A stretch of DNA of 64,000 nt from an uncultured bacterium (lineage in GTDB: Bacteria; Zixibacteria; MSB-5A5; UBA10806; 4484-95), in assembly GCA_965603725.1 (NCBI GenBank), contig CBFDEC010000006.1:5997-69996 (forward strand), given 5' to 3'. Below, piece by piece: positions 1 to 8,341 of the stretch (within the stretch, counting starts at the first letter, position 1; each line of letters begins with the position of its first letter). Made by a program: the position numbers and the translations under genes. The notes under the pieces are model-generated. The model was not told where the DNA came from and searched no databases. It was given only the letters and a program-made list of their open reading frames with translations.

Positions 1-1965
1 GCCGGAGTCAGTTGGACACAAATGCGGCCTCCTTATTCAATTAACAATGAATACTGTACATTGGATATCCATCCTGAAAATCCCAGCATGATATTTGCGG
101 GTACTTTAGGAGCAGTATTCGAATCTGAGGATGGGGGTCAATACTGGAGAGCTTTAGAATTACCTATGTCTCATTATAAAGCTATTATATTTGATCCTAT
201 TAATCCGAATATAATGTATGTTGGCACTGAGTCAGCGCGAACTAGCAAGTCAGTACTCAAAAGTGAGGATATGGGTGAATCATGGTGTTGCATCCACAAC
301 GATCTGGATACCAATGGCGTGGTTCAAGATATGGCTATCGATCCGGTTAACACGCAAACCATATATCTCGCCCGCTGGGATTTTTTCGAAGTTACCGGGG
401 AATGTGTCACAAAATCCATAGATGGAGGCAATCACTGGTTTGATATTACGCCGGATAATCTCATCGACCCCCTTGTGTGGGTTGTAACGGTATCGCCAGT
501 TCAAAATAATACTGTTTTCATAGGCACAAGAACAAACGGTATCTTGAGAAGCACTAATGGCGGTGATACCTGGCAGGAAATCAATGAGGGTCTGAATTCT
601 CGCACTATACATTCAATAGAGATAGATCCAGAGACTGGTATTATTTATATAGGAGCCTTTTTCGATGGTATCTACAGATCGTTTGACAATGGAGATAGCT
701 GGGAAAAGATCAGCAATCATATTCTCCAGGCTACCACTACCGATCTGGCAGTCAATTGGAGAAATTCCGATTCGGTTTATGTAACCACCAAATGCGGCTT
801 CTACAAATCTGCAGATGGCGGACTTAGCTGGGATTTGCAGGACTTATGCTCTCCGATATACGAAATCGGAACTTACGAATTGGAAATTGATCCGTATGAT
901 CCCAATTATATATATATTAGCTATTACCCTAATTATGGCATCTACCAAGGAGGCATCTATAGTTCCAGTGATGGCGGTTCTACCTGGCATACATATAATG
1001 ACGGTCTGCCTATGTATGCGGTTTTTTACGGAATTGCAATAGCCGATTATCAAAACGGATCTCGTCGTATTTACTTAAGCTCTGGCAAAGGAGCTTATTA
1101 TTCAGACGACCTTGCGCAAACCTGGACTGCCTGTGAGGGGGGCATCCCTCCAAATCATGCTTTCTACTCGCTTGATGTAAGTCCGGTTAATCCTGATATA
1201 GTGTTCTTGGGAGAGTACGGCTTTGAGAATTTGGACATTTACAAGACTGTTGACGGAGGGGCAAACTGGGAAATAATTAATAATTTGCCCGAGGGTTATT
1301 TTCTGAGGCAAATAGTTTGTGACCCGGTAGACCAGGATATTGTCTATATAAGCATTGATGGAATTGATGAAGCGGGCATATTCAAATCCATGGATGGCGG
1401 TTATACCTGGCTTGATATTAGTAATAACCTTCCACATGAAAATTATATTTCTGTCGGAGGTATTGTCATAAATCCGCTTAATCCGGATAATATTTTTGCT
1501 AATTCACAACACATGGGAATTTATATTTCCAATAATGGCGGTCAATCTTGGGAAGATTTCAACCAGGGATTGCGGACTCATTACGGTAATTGTACAACTG
1601 TTATTGATCCAACCGATACTAGTAAAATATTTTTAGCTAATTATAATTCCGTCTGGTCAATAACCCACACGCCAACGGCTATTGATGACGATATTACATT
1701 ACCGATGACATTTTCCGTCTCCAACTACCCCAATCCGTTCAACGCTTCGACCAATATCAAATTCACCTTGCCAAATTCATCCGATGTCAGAATCGATATC
1801 TACGATATGCTCGGTCGGCGGGTGTCAACTATTGTTAATGAGCATCTATTCGCCGGATATCATTCGGTGATATGGAACCCGGTGCGCCTTAGCTCGGGAT
1901 TATATTTTTATAGAATTAAGGCGGGTGACATAGAATCATCAAAAAAGATGATGTTGTTAAGATAA
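1..1965 (+). CDS. BNR/Asp-box repeat beta-propeller protein with T9SS (Por) C-terminal sorting domain; 5' end truncated by window edge
   Basis: ORF 22..1965 has no in-frame stop back to base 1. M22 is not followed by a signal peptide, yet the protein ends in a T9SS CTD (YPNPFNASTNIKFTL...KKMMLLR), so the true start lies upstream. There are at least 10 S-x-D-x-G-x-x-W Asp-box repeats (SEDGGQYW, SIDGGNHW, STNGGDTW, SADGGLSW, SSDGGSTW, ...). Confidence 0.8.
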   Translation, partial: AGVSWTQMRPPYSINNEYCTLDIHPENPSMIFAGTLGAVFESEDGGQYWRALELPMSHYKAIIFDPINPNIMYVGTESARTSKSVLKSEDMGESWCCIHNDLDTNGVVQDMAIDPVNTQTIYLARWDFFEVTGECVTKSIDGGNHWFDITPDNLIDPLVWVVTVSPVQNNTVFIGTRTNGILRSTNGGDTWQEINEGLNSRTIHSIEIDPETGIIYIGAFFDGIYRSFDNGDSWEKISNHILQATTTDLAVNWRNSDSVYVTTKCGFYKSADGGLSWDLQDLCSPIYEIGTYELEIDPYDPNYIYISYYPNYGIYQGGIYSSSDGGSTWHTYNDGLPMYAVFYGIAIADYQNGSRRIYLSSGKGAYYSDDLAQTWTACEGGIPPNHAFYSLDVSPVNPDIVFLGEYGFENLDIYKTVDGGANWEIINNLPEGYFLRQIVCDPVDQDIVYISIDGIDEAGIFKSMDGGYTWLDISNNLPHENYISVGGIVINPLNPDNIFANSQHMGIYISNNGGQSWEDFNQGLRTHYGNCTTVIDPTDTSKIFLANYNSVWSITHTPTAIDDDITLPMTFSVSNYPNPFNASTNIKFTLPNSSDVRIDIYDMLGRRVSTIVNEHLFAGYHSVIWNPVRLSSGLYFYRIKAGDIESSKKMMLLR

Positions 1966-2050
1966 ATCTTTAATGCTTCTTTCTCCTTTCGATCATATAG
2001 TGCAAGCCGGACATGTTTTGTATTTCAATTTTTAGCCTATCCCTACATAT

Positions 2051-2077
2051 AAAAAAACCCCCGCATGATGCAGGGGC
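2051..2077 (-). terminator. Rho-independent terminator on minus strand (GCCCCTGCATCATGCGGGGG + T7)
   Basis: The reverse complement gives a GC hairpin, CCCC(T)GCAT/ATGCGGGG, immediately followed by TTTTTTT. On the plus strand the same hairpin is preceded, not followed, by the A-run. Confidence 0.5.
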
Positions 2078-2618
2078 TTGAAAGCTGTGAGACCTGTTAG
2101 GCAATGATCCTCTGGAGGGGGGAAGAAGACCAGTTACCCGCCTCACAGCTCCGATTTATTTCGCAATCACAGTTATCTTCTCAATTGCATATTCCAAATC
2201 TAACTAATCCAATCAGCATTGTTTCCCCCTCTATGGCAAACATGTTGGCGGCATGTGTTTTTATCCATTTTTCGTGAAAAAATATAATATATATCATCCA
2301 TTTTGTCAAGAAAATCATTCAGTTTACCGCCATTTTTGATTATAATTTTTTGTTTTTTTCGAATTTCTCTTTTAACCATTTAGCCTCGAAAGCTTTTTTA
2401 AACCGCTTCATTCTTTCTTTGCTGATTCGATTCAATCGCGGCTTATTTGATTGATCATTTGAATTATGATTTCCCTGAGACTGCGACACGTTATCCTCCA
2501 AAATTGTCTGCCCATTGCAAGAGTAACGTCATGTTAAACAAGCTGTTATCGCCGATTTGATAATCAGATCATTTTGAAATTGGCATTATTTTTTAATAAT
2601 ACCAGCTATGCCTTGAAA

Positions 2619-2822
2619 TCAAGGCATAGCCGGCAAATCAACCACTGTCAACATACTTAAAACAAGACCAGGCAATGCCGCTATCAATGCTAGAGATGGT
2701 TTGGCTTCTCCTATTTTAAGGTTATAAATATTAATTCCCCTGTTAAAGCACTCTCTTGATGAAACATCATGTTTCTCAAGATTTCGTTTTGATTTCGCCA
2801 AGTTTATCATCTTAACCTTCAA
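2619..2822 (-). CDS. Small hypothetical ORF (67 aa, TTG start) downstream of outer-membrane protein gene; doubtful
   Basis: ORF track only. It has a hydrophobic C-terminal half and an alternative start codon, with no recognisable motif. A 10-bp perfect hairpin, GCTATGCCTT/AAGGCATAGC, overlaps its 3' end at 2606-2635. Confidence 0.2.
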   Translation of the reverse strand: MKVKMINLAKSKRNLEKHDVSSRECFNRGINIYNLKIGEAKPSLALIAALPGLVLSMLTVVDLPAMP

Positions 2823-2842
2823 TTATTATGATTCAACCTGAC

Positions 2843-4135
2843 TTAAAACCTTAATCCCATCGAGAGTGCGAAAACCGCTCCCTTGGTATTACCCGGCTTA
2901 AATGATCCGTTGTTGGCTATTGCCAGATCAAGACGAGTGGGTCCCATGTAAATGCCGAATCCGGTTGAATAAATTGTCCCTCTATCGCCGCCGAATGAGA
3001 GGCCGACTCTTAAGGGAAAGACATTAATAGGCCGGTATTCCAATCCAGTTGCCAAACGAGGAGTAACCGCCTGAGAAGCTCCGTTTGAGACGCCTTGTTC
3101 CCAGTCGATTGCCCAGGTTAATTTCCTGTAGGATCTGGCTAATCCAAATTTAATGACCGAGGGAAGGGTTGTTGAGAAACCATCGATGGAATAGGTCGTA
3201 TCGCTTGCTTCGATGAGTGAATCGGCTTTATCGCCGTCGGTTAAATCCCAGATAGTAGAGGGGTCCATATTGAAAGTAAACACCATTTCTTCAGTATCTT
3301 TATTCCAGTTGATTTTTGAATAGAAATTTTGCCAGGCCACGGAGAATCTCCAGTTGTCTTCAAAAATAATCGAGGCGCCAATATCAAAAGCCGATCCGGA
3401 ACCGCCAAGCGCTGAGCGGACTTTCATCATGGCTGAACCCTCCAGCACATCCTCAGAGGCAATCACACTTCCTTGAGCATAGGTAATTTTTTCATGAACT
3501 ATTCCATGCAGGTAGTGGAGACTTGCGCCTACTGCAAGTTCACCGCTCTGCCATTTTAATAAAGGATGCCCATATGAAATAGAACCATCGGCAACGGCAA
3601 AAGCCTCGCCGCGAGTGTCATTAAGAACTATATCGGATTTCACGGCGTTGCCATAGAACAACAGTTCGAACGGGTCTTTATCAAGGTTAAATTTCGAAGC
3701 CCCAAAGCCGCGGAAATTAAATGCCAGCCGCCATACCGAGAAATTCAATCCGGCGGCTTCAGTTAAAAAGTTTACTTTTAATCCTTCAGCCGGAATCTTG
3801 GCTAAAATATCTTCTTTATCTTCATCAGTTAAAAACTGTCCCGTGTAGCTATTGTAATCTGACAGCGAGAAGCTGTTGTTTTTGAAGTTGATACCTACGC
3901 TGAACAGGTCAAGGCTGAATGTGTGGTCGGTAGACAACCCGAGGTTGGCGGGGTTATAGGCTGAGGCCTCAACCCCTTCGCTGAGCGCTGTATAAGCGCC
4001 GCCCATGGCCATGGCCCTGGGATTTGATTCTCCCCAGGCAAATAGCGGACCAGCCGATAGAATCATAATGGCTAATGCCAGAATCGATATTGTTAGTTTA
4101 TTCTTGTTCATTTCAATCCCCTCCTTAATTTTCAT
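2843..4135 (-). CDS. FadL/TodX/PorV-family outer-membrane beta-barrel protein
   Basis: N-terminal signal peptide (LTISILALAIMILSAGPLFA). A FadL-like hatch motif follows (AMGGAYTALSEGVEASAYNPANLGL, compare E. coli FadL [24 protein letters not shown]). The protein is Gly/Ser-rich with an amphipathic beta pattern and a C-terminal aromatic residue (..MGLRF). Its start overlaps the stop of the upstream lipoprotein gene. Confidence 0.55.
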   Translation of the reverse strand: MKIKEGIEMNKNKLTISILALAIMILSAGPLFAWGESNPRAMAMGGAYTALSEGVEASAYNPANLGLSTDHTFSLDLFSVGINFKNNSFSLSDYNSYTGQFLTDEDKEDILAKIPAEGLKVNFLTEAAGLNFSVWRLAFNFRGFGASKFNLDKDPFELLFYGNAVKSDIVLNDTRGEAFAVADGSISYGHPLLKWQSGELAVGASLHYLHGIVHEKITYAQGSVIASEDVLEGSAMMKVRSALGGSGSAFDIGASIIFEDNWRFSVAWQNFYSKINWNKDTEEMVFTFNMDPSTIWDLTDGDKADSLIEASDTTYSIDGFSTTLPSVIKFGLARSYRKLTWAIDWEQGVSNGASQAVTPRLATGLEYRPINVFPLRVGLSFGGDRGTIYSTGFGIYMGPTRLDLAIANNGSFKPGNTKGAVFALSMGLRF

Positions 4136-6158
4136 CGTCGTTCCACAAATGCTCGCCGCCGATCACCCGGAACTCGGCGCTGGCGCTTATGTAAATGTAA
4201 TCACTGCCCTGTATCATACTTCCGTTTGGGCCTGTGGGCAAAAGCTCAATCTGAGGTATTATCTGAACATTTTCATTTTCAAATATTGCTATCTCAGAAC
4301 TGGAAAGCGTATCAATAAACGCCGAAACAACCGGCTCAACGGCAATGCCCTCATCATCGGTTATGGCGCTTTCCAGAGTAAAAGGTCCGACAGTCACGAT
4401 ATTTGGATCGCCGGCGGCTATAATCTTTAGCCCGACTCTTGCTCCAACCGGAAGTTGACTTGTAAGTTCAGCGTTGATTATACCGTGGACAAAAGTCTCC
4501 TGAAAATCGGGCATGTCCTCTGAATTTATTTCAACATCGTTGGTGTCAAGTTCAATTTCGGTTGTGTCATTTAATGAAAATGCAAGCGGCGAATAGATCT
4601 CTACTTCACCATAGAAGAAATCGTCTGTAGAAATAGTGACTACGCCGCCGCTGGGATTGAAGACGGCGCTGCCATCGATTGAAATTTGGGTCGGAAGCGG
4701 ATTTAAGAATGAACTCAATGTTGAGGATCCAATACTAATCACGGTCTCTTGAGGAACAGTAGCCCCTAATCCTTTTGCGCCAACAGTGGTATCAATTACC
4801 ACCGGGTCAACGCCGGGCTGGTCTGATGACAGCTGCATATCAACGGCAATATCTGAAGTGCTGTTATTGTATAGATACATAGTAAGTTCTGCCCGTGTTA
4901 ACTGAGCCTGGTCGAAACCTTCCGGCAGTTCGTCTACAGCCTGAGGGTCCAGTCCGATATCGATTGTGGTTGGCGCAATCTGTCCGGTAACCACAGAGAA
5001 AGCAATAGGAGATATCATCGCAGCAATCAGAATTGAATCGGTACTGTTAATATTATATAAACTATCTGGATTTGTTGCGATACTGGCTATGGCATTTACC
5101 TGTATACTTTGCGGGTCGGTTGTAGTATCTGGTTTTAAAACTGTACCTGCCAGTTCGATCACCAGGCTGTCACTTGAATTTTCTACGATGCTTGTATTAC
5201 GCGTTATAGGGACGCCGCTTTCTTCGATATTCGGAACAGAGAGGCTGATATCTATGGGTAGACCGGTGTTATTCTCGATCAGCAGGCTTAGTGACCCCGA
5301 TTCTATTGTGGCTTCATGAATTACGTTTCCGGTCTCAAGATCAAGGTCTATTGTATCTGCCAGAACCATATCAGGAGTGGCAGGAAGCTTAGCCCTGGCG
5401 CTTGATACTGAAAGATCGTTCGGAAATGAACTGTTGATTGTCAAATCTCCGGCTGGCGCAACTATTGCCTGCGAGTCAACAACGCCATAGACCCTTAATG
5501 TAAGTTCGTTCTTTATTAGTGAATCTGCCAGGTCAATTTGCACTACCTTTGTGCTGTCATCATATAATGTATCAAAATCTGCTGCTCCCAGTGGACTTAG
5601 CAAGTTGTCTGAATTAAATAATGTAATTGTAAGAGAATGAATATAAATACCGAGTTCGTTTGTTAGTTCCAATTGCAGTATACCTTGACTTATCTGAGCC
5701 TGTTCGAAATTGTCAAAAGCACTAAGAGCCTCATCTTGAGAAAAGGCTGTATCAAGCGGCACCTGGCCTAATGCAATATAGCCTGGATTGACTAAATCCG
5801 AAAATCCAAAGCTTGATTGTGGTATGATAGGGGCCTCGATATCCCTTTCACCCAGAGTTTGAGTAAATGGCTGTGGATTAATCGAATTAGTAGACGGCAG
5901 GTTGTCATCCACCATGATTGTATCGATCTCCTGGGTGATTGAAAAATACGGGTTGTTCGATTCATCAAAAGCGATCATAGAGCTGTCCAATTGATCCATG
6001 ATGTCATTTATGCTGTATTGTTTTGACGTTAGCGGCAAATCCCAGGTGGTTTCCCAACTCGGGGCTTCCGGTTTCTTTATTGAGCATCCCTGGAAAATCA
6101 GTAACAGCCCTGTGAATAGCAATAATAGAATCATGATTTTTAAATGAAAGGTTTTCAC
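4125..6158 (-). CDS. Large secreted lipoprotein (677 aa), function unknown
   Basis: Signal peptide plus lipobox (LLLLFTGLLLIFQGC|S). Composition is rich in S/T/D/N/I and looks beta-strand-like. Only one Cys and no catalytic signature recognised. It overlaps the downstream OMP gene by 11 nt, so the two are probably co-transcribed. Confidence 0.5.
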   Translation of the reverse strand: MKTFHLKIMILLLLFTGLLLIFQGCSIKKPEAPSWETTWDLPLTSKQYSINDIMDQLDSSMIAFDESNNPYFSITQEIDTIMVDDNLPSTNSINPQPFTQTLGERDIEAPIIPQSSFGFSDLVNPGYIALGQVPLDTAFSQDEALSAFDNFEQAQISQGILQLELTNELGIYIHSLTITLFNSDNLLSPLGAADFDTLYDDSTKVVQIDLADSLIKNELTLRVYGVVDSQAIVAPAGDLTINSSFPNDLSVSSARAKLPATPDMVLADTIDLDLETGNVIHEATIESGSLSLLIENNTGLPIDISLSVPNIEESGVPITRNTSIVENSSDSLVIELAGTVLKPDTTTDPQSIQVNAIASIATNPDSLYNINSTDSILIAAMISPIAFSVVTGQIAPTTIDIGLDPQAVDELPEGFDQAQLTRAELTMYLYNNSTSDIAVDMQLSSDQPGVDPVVIDTTVGAKGLGATVPQETVISIGSSTLSSFLNPLPTQISIDGSAVFNPSGGVVTISTDDFFYGEVEIYSPLAFSLNDTTEIELDTNDVEINSEDMPDFQETFVHGIINAELTSQLPVGARVGLKIIAAGDPNIVTVGPFTLESAITDDEGIAVEPVVSAFIDTLSSSEIAIFENENVQIIPQIELLPTGPNGSMIQGSDYIYISASAEFRVIGGEHLWNDDEN

Positions 6159-6381
6159 TTTACTTCCCCTCCTTCTAAAATTGTTGTTTACACTTCGATT
6201 TCAATTTTCTCAAAAAGACTACGGCAACCGTCATGCCATAACGCTGTAAACGCTTGAATCACTGTTTCATGCTTTTGTAACACATTGGTAATGTTTCAAT
6301 TAGAAAGTCATCAGAAATCAACATTATGAGATGCCTGGTTGAAGATTGAAAATTAATATAGGCTATTTCCCATACAGTTGG

Positions 6382-6421
6382 GGTTATCGCTATTGACATT
6401 AACCGTTATCGGCAATAAATT
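6382..6421 (+). promoter_or_regulatory. Sigma70-like promoter (TTGACA-17-TAAATT) with flanking direct repeats GTTATCG x2; candidate autoregulatory operator of the WYL regulator
   Basis: TTGACA at 6393-6398 and TAAATT at 6416-6421 with a 17-nt spacer. GGTTATCGC (6382-6390) and CGTTATCGG (6404-6412) bracket the -35 element. The regulator ATG is at 6428. Confidence 0.35.
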
Positions 6422-6427
6422 ACCAGT

Positions 6428-7306
6428 ATGAAAAAATCGTCGCGCCTGCTATATGCAATCACTCTGATTTTATGTAATCCCGGTATATCGGTAGCCCGTT
6501 TGGCCGATAAATGCGGCGTAACCGAAAGGACAATTTACCGGGATATTATCGATATCTCTGAAGCTAACATTCCCATTTACTTTGATAATGGCTACCGTAT
6601 CCTCGATACCGGGAAGGTGCCTCCGTTAAACTTCACCAGCGATGAGTTGATTTATCTGTATAACATTCTTCAAAGTAAGTCCCATAGCGAAGTGTTTGGC
6701 GGGGTTGGCAATAGGCTGGCGGATAAACTGAGACGTCACATTCCGGGAATCTTGAATGACAAAAATATCGGGTTTCATACTCATTCGACCGACACCACAG
6801 CCCTGGCAAAGATATTCGCCAGAATTGAAAAGACAATTAGTTCCGGCAAAATTATAAGTTTCAAATACACATCCTTAAACGGCAAGACATCCCGGCGAAA
6901 CGTTCATCCATACGGTCTTGTTTTCAGGGGTCATGGCTGGTACCTGGTCGGTTATTGTGAGGCAAGGGAAGAGGTCAGGATTTTCCGGCTTGTCAGGATA
7001 TCGAATTTACGGGCAATTCAAAAAAGGTTTGATAAACAGGCGGATTTTTCCATTGATGAGTTTATGGATGAAAGCTGGGCCGTTTTCAGGGGAGAGCATT
7101 ACAACTTTGAAATAAAATTTACCGGACCGGCGGCGGTTGCAGCATCTACAACCTGCCATCACAAAGATGAGAAAGTTGTAAAAAAAGGAAAAAACCACGT
7201 TATTTATAGCGTGAAATCCCGCGGCAAAGAGGAATTTATAAATGGGTGCTGTCATTCGGCAGGCATGCAGAATTGCTCGAACCGGTTCATCTTCGGCAGG
7301 AGGTAA
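6428..7306 (+). CDS. HTH + WYL-domain transcriptional regulator (YafY/PafBC-like). The C-terminus appears frameshifted; the full-length frame would end near 7345.
   Basis: N-terminal HTH_11-like segment (RLLYAITLILCNPGISVARLADKCGVTERTIYRDI). WYL domain (SFKYTSLNGKTSRRNVHPYGLVFRGHGWYLVGYCEAREEVRIFRLVRI). In the next frame the expected WCX tail appears from about 7242 (WVLSFGRHAELLEPVHLRQEVKKRLEASL...), after an A-run at 7238-7243. Confidence 0.7.
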   Translation: MKKSSRLLYAITLILCNPGISVARLADKCGVTERTIYRDIIDISEANIPIYFDNGYRILDTGKVPPLNFTSDELIYLYNILQSKSHSEVFGGVGNRLADKLRRHIPGILNDKNIGFHTHSTDTTALAKIFARIEKTISSGKIISFKYTSLNGKTSRRNVHPYGLVFRGHGWYLVGYCEAREEVRIFRLVRISNLRAIQKRFDKQADFSIDEFMDESWAVFRGEHYNFEIKFTGPAAVAASTTCHHKDEKVVKKGKNHVIYSVKSRGKEEFINGCCHSAGMQNCSNRFIFGRR

Positions 7307-7387
7307 AAAAACGACTGGAAGCTTCTTTGAGCAAATATATATAGAAACCATGGTGTTCATTATCTTTTTGATATTGAAAACGCCCAT

Positions 7388-7753
7388 TTGATGTGTTCGA
7401 TATTAAACATGACCAAAAAATATTGTAAAATCTGCGGCGCCGAGTGGGAAGAAAATTTCAATGAGTGCCCCAACTGCGGTATGCCCGCTGATCCCGACGA
7501 GCAGTTGTGGTTTGACAAGGATGCCCGTAAGCGCCTTGAAAGGAAACAAAGGAGAGGCATAAAAAAGCCGATACGCCGCCCTTCGAAATTGAATCGGGGA
7601 ATATTCCTGCCGTTGATCCTTGGTACCGGCGCAGTGTTGCGGATTATTGCCGGAGGTGGGTTTTCAACATCGACTTTGACTTTTGATATAATCGGCATTG
7701 CGATGTTCGTAATCAGCGTGGGGTATATTGTAAAAGCGAAATTAATACGTTAG
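7388..7753 (+). CDS. Zinc-ribbon (CxxC...CxxC) small membrane protein, hypothetical
   Basis: CKICGAEWEENFNECPNCG zinc ribbon, then a basic linker (KRLERKQRRGIKKPIRRPSK), then two predicted TM helices. The true start may be M at 7409 (MTKKYCKIC). Confidence 0.5.
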   Translation: MMCSILNMTKKYCKICGAEWEENFNECPNCGMPADPDEQLWFDKDARKRLERKQRRGIKKPIRRPSKLNRGIFLPLILGTGAVLRIIAGGGFSTSTLTFDIIGIAMFVISVGYIVKAKLIR

Positions 7754-7756
7754 GCC

Positions 7757-7908
7757 GGACAAAACACTGTTTTGTCCCTACAATGATATTTTTAATAAAT
7801 GTAGGGATAGAACACCGTTCTGTCCATAAACTGGACAAAAGACTGTTTTGCCCCTACAATGATATTGTTAATGAATGTAGGGACAGAACACCGTTCTGTC
7901 CATAAACT
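7757..7908. repeat. Two tandem 76-bp units (~92% identical), each carrying three perfect or near-perfect palindromes
   Basis: Unit 1 is 7757-7832 and unit 2 is 7833-7908. Each unit reads GGACAAAACA-C-TGTTTTGTCC, then CCCTACA-N17-TGTAGGG, then GGACAGAAC-ACC-GTTCTGTCC, then ATAAACT. Read directly from the sequence. Confidence 0.8.
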
Positions 7909-8059
7909 ATTTTATCAACGTCATCTGTTTCGTAAAACTAATCTCACCAGTTCTTGTGCTGTCAAGTCTCCGCACTTGACAGCTATACAGCGTCAGGTAC
8001 GGCAACCTGACGCGACATTAAGCCCAGGCGTTAACAAAACATCTTCATCCATCTTCCCC

Positions 8060-8088
8060 TTGACTTTCATTTCGTATGCAGGTAATAT
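8060..8088 (+). promoter_or_regulatory. Sigma70-like promoter TTGACT-17-TAATAT upstream of tRNA-Arg
   Basis: TTGACT at 8060-8065, a 17-nt spacer, and TAATAT at 8083-8088, about 70 nt upstream of the tRNA 5' end. Confidence 0.45.
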
Positions 8089-8122
8089 TACGCTGGCTGT
8101 CAGGCATAAGATCAACTTGTAG

Positions 8123-8153
8123 GTCGGGTTCCGATTGAAAAGAGAAACCCGAC
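8123..8153 (+). repeat. Hairpin GTCGGGTT-N15-AACCCGAC in the tRNA-Arg leader (copy 1 of 2)
   Basis: 8-bp perfect stem. The same stem sequence recurs at 8342-8372. Confidence 0.5.
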
Positions 8154-8160
8154 AAAGGAT

Positions 8161-8232
8161 GCCCCCGTAGCTCAGTGGATAGAGCATCGGCCTCCGGAGC
8201 CGTGTGCGGCCGTTCGAGTCGGCCCGGGGGTA
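8161..8232 (+). tRNA. tRNA-Arg (anticodon CCG)
   Basis: Manual cloverleaf fold. Acceptor GCCCCCG/CGGGGGT with a G1:U72 wobble. D-arm GCTC-AGTGGATA-GAGC. Anticodon arm TCGGC-CTCCGGA-GCCGT with one U:U mismatch at 27:43. 4-nt variable loop. T-arm GGCCG-TTCGAGT-CGGCC. Discriminator A, no encoded CCA. Closely resembles E. coli tRNA-Arg(CCG). Confidence 0.8.
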
Positions 8233-8341
8233 TAATGATCATGACAAAACGCTGACGGCCGGTTTGATTATGCGGTGAAAATGGCAGGAGAATTATCAAT
8301 AAACATTATCCTTTATTTGACGATTTTTCTATTATATACAA

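Noticed and set aside
280-1437. Antisense and overlapping ORFs inside the BNR-repeat gene (280..612-, 844..1053-, 1102..1437-, and others)
   Set aside because: They are fully embedded in a long, motif-rich gene on the opposite strand and have no motifs of their own, so they are typical spurious ORFs. The same reasoning applies to the other short embedded ORFs in the track, for example 4966..5319+, 8542..8790-, 9510..9794-, 16431..16842-, 51657..52292- and 53198..53566-.
4125-6158. PorU-like T9SS C-terminal signal peptidase
   Set aside because: Lipoprotein with a single Cys (the lipobox) and no His/Cys catalytic dyad or C25-like motifs. Left as unknown lipoprotein.
7757-7908. Possible CRISPR array or integron attC site
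   Set aside because: Only two directly abutting units with no spacers and no cas or intI genes nearby. There are no R'/R'' core sites (GTTRRRY). It is better described as a tandem structured repeat.
7859-8299. ORFs 7859..8122+, 7993..8187- and 8045..8299- overlapping the repeat, promoter and tRNA-Arg region
   Set aside because: They overlap a well-folded tRNA, tandem palindromic repeats and a promoter, and carry no protein motifs. Treated as non-coding.
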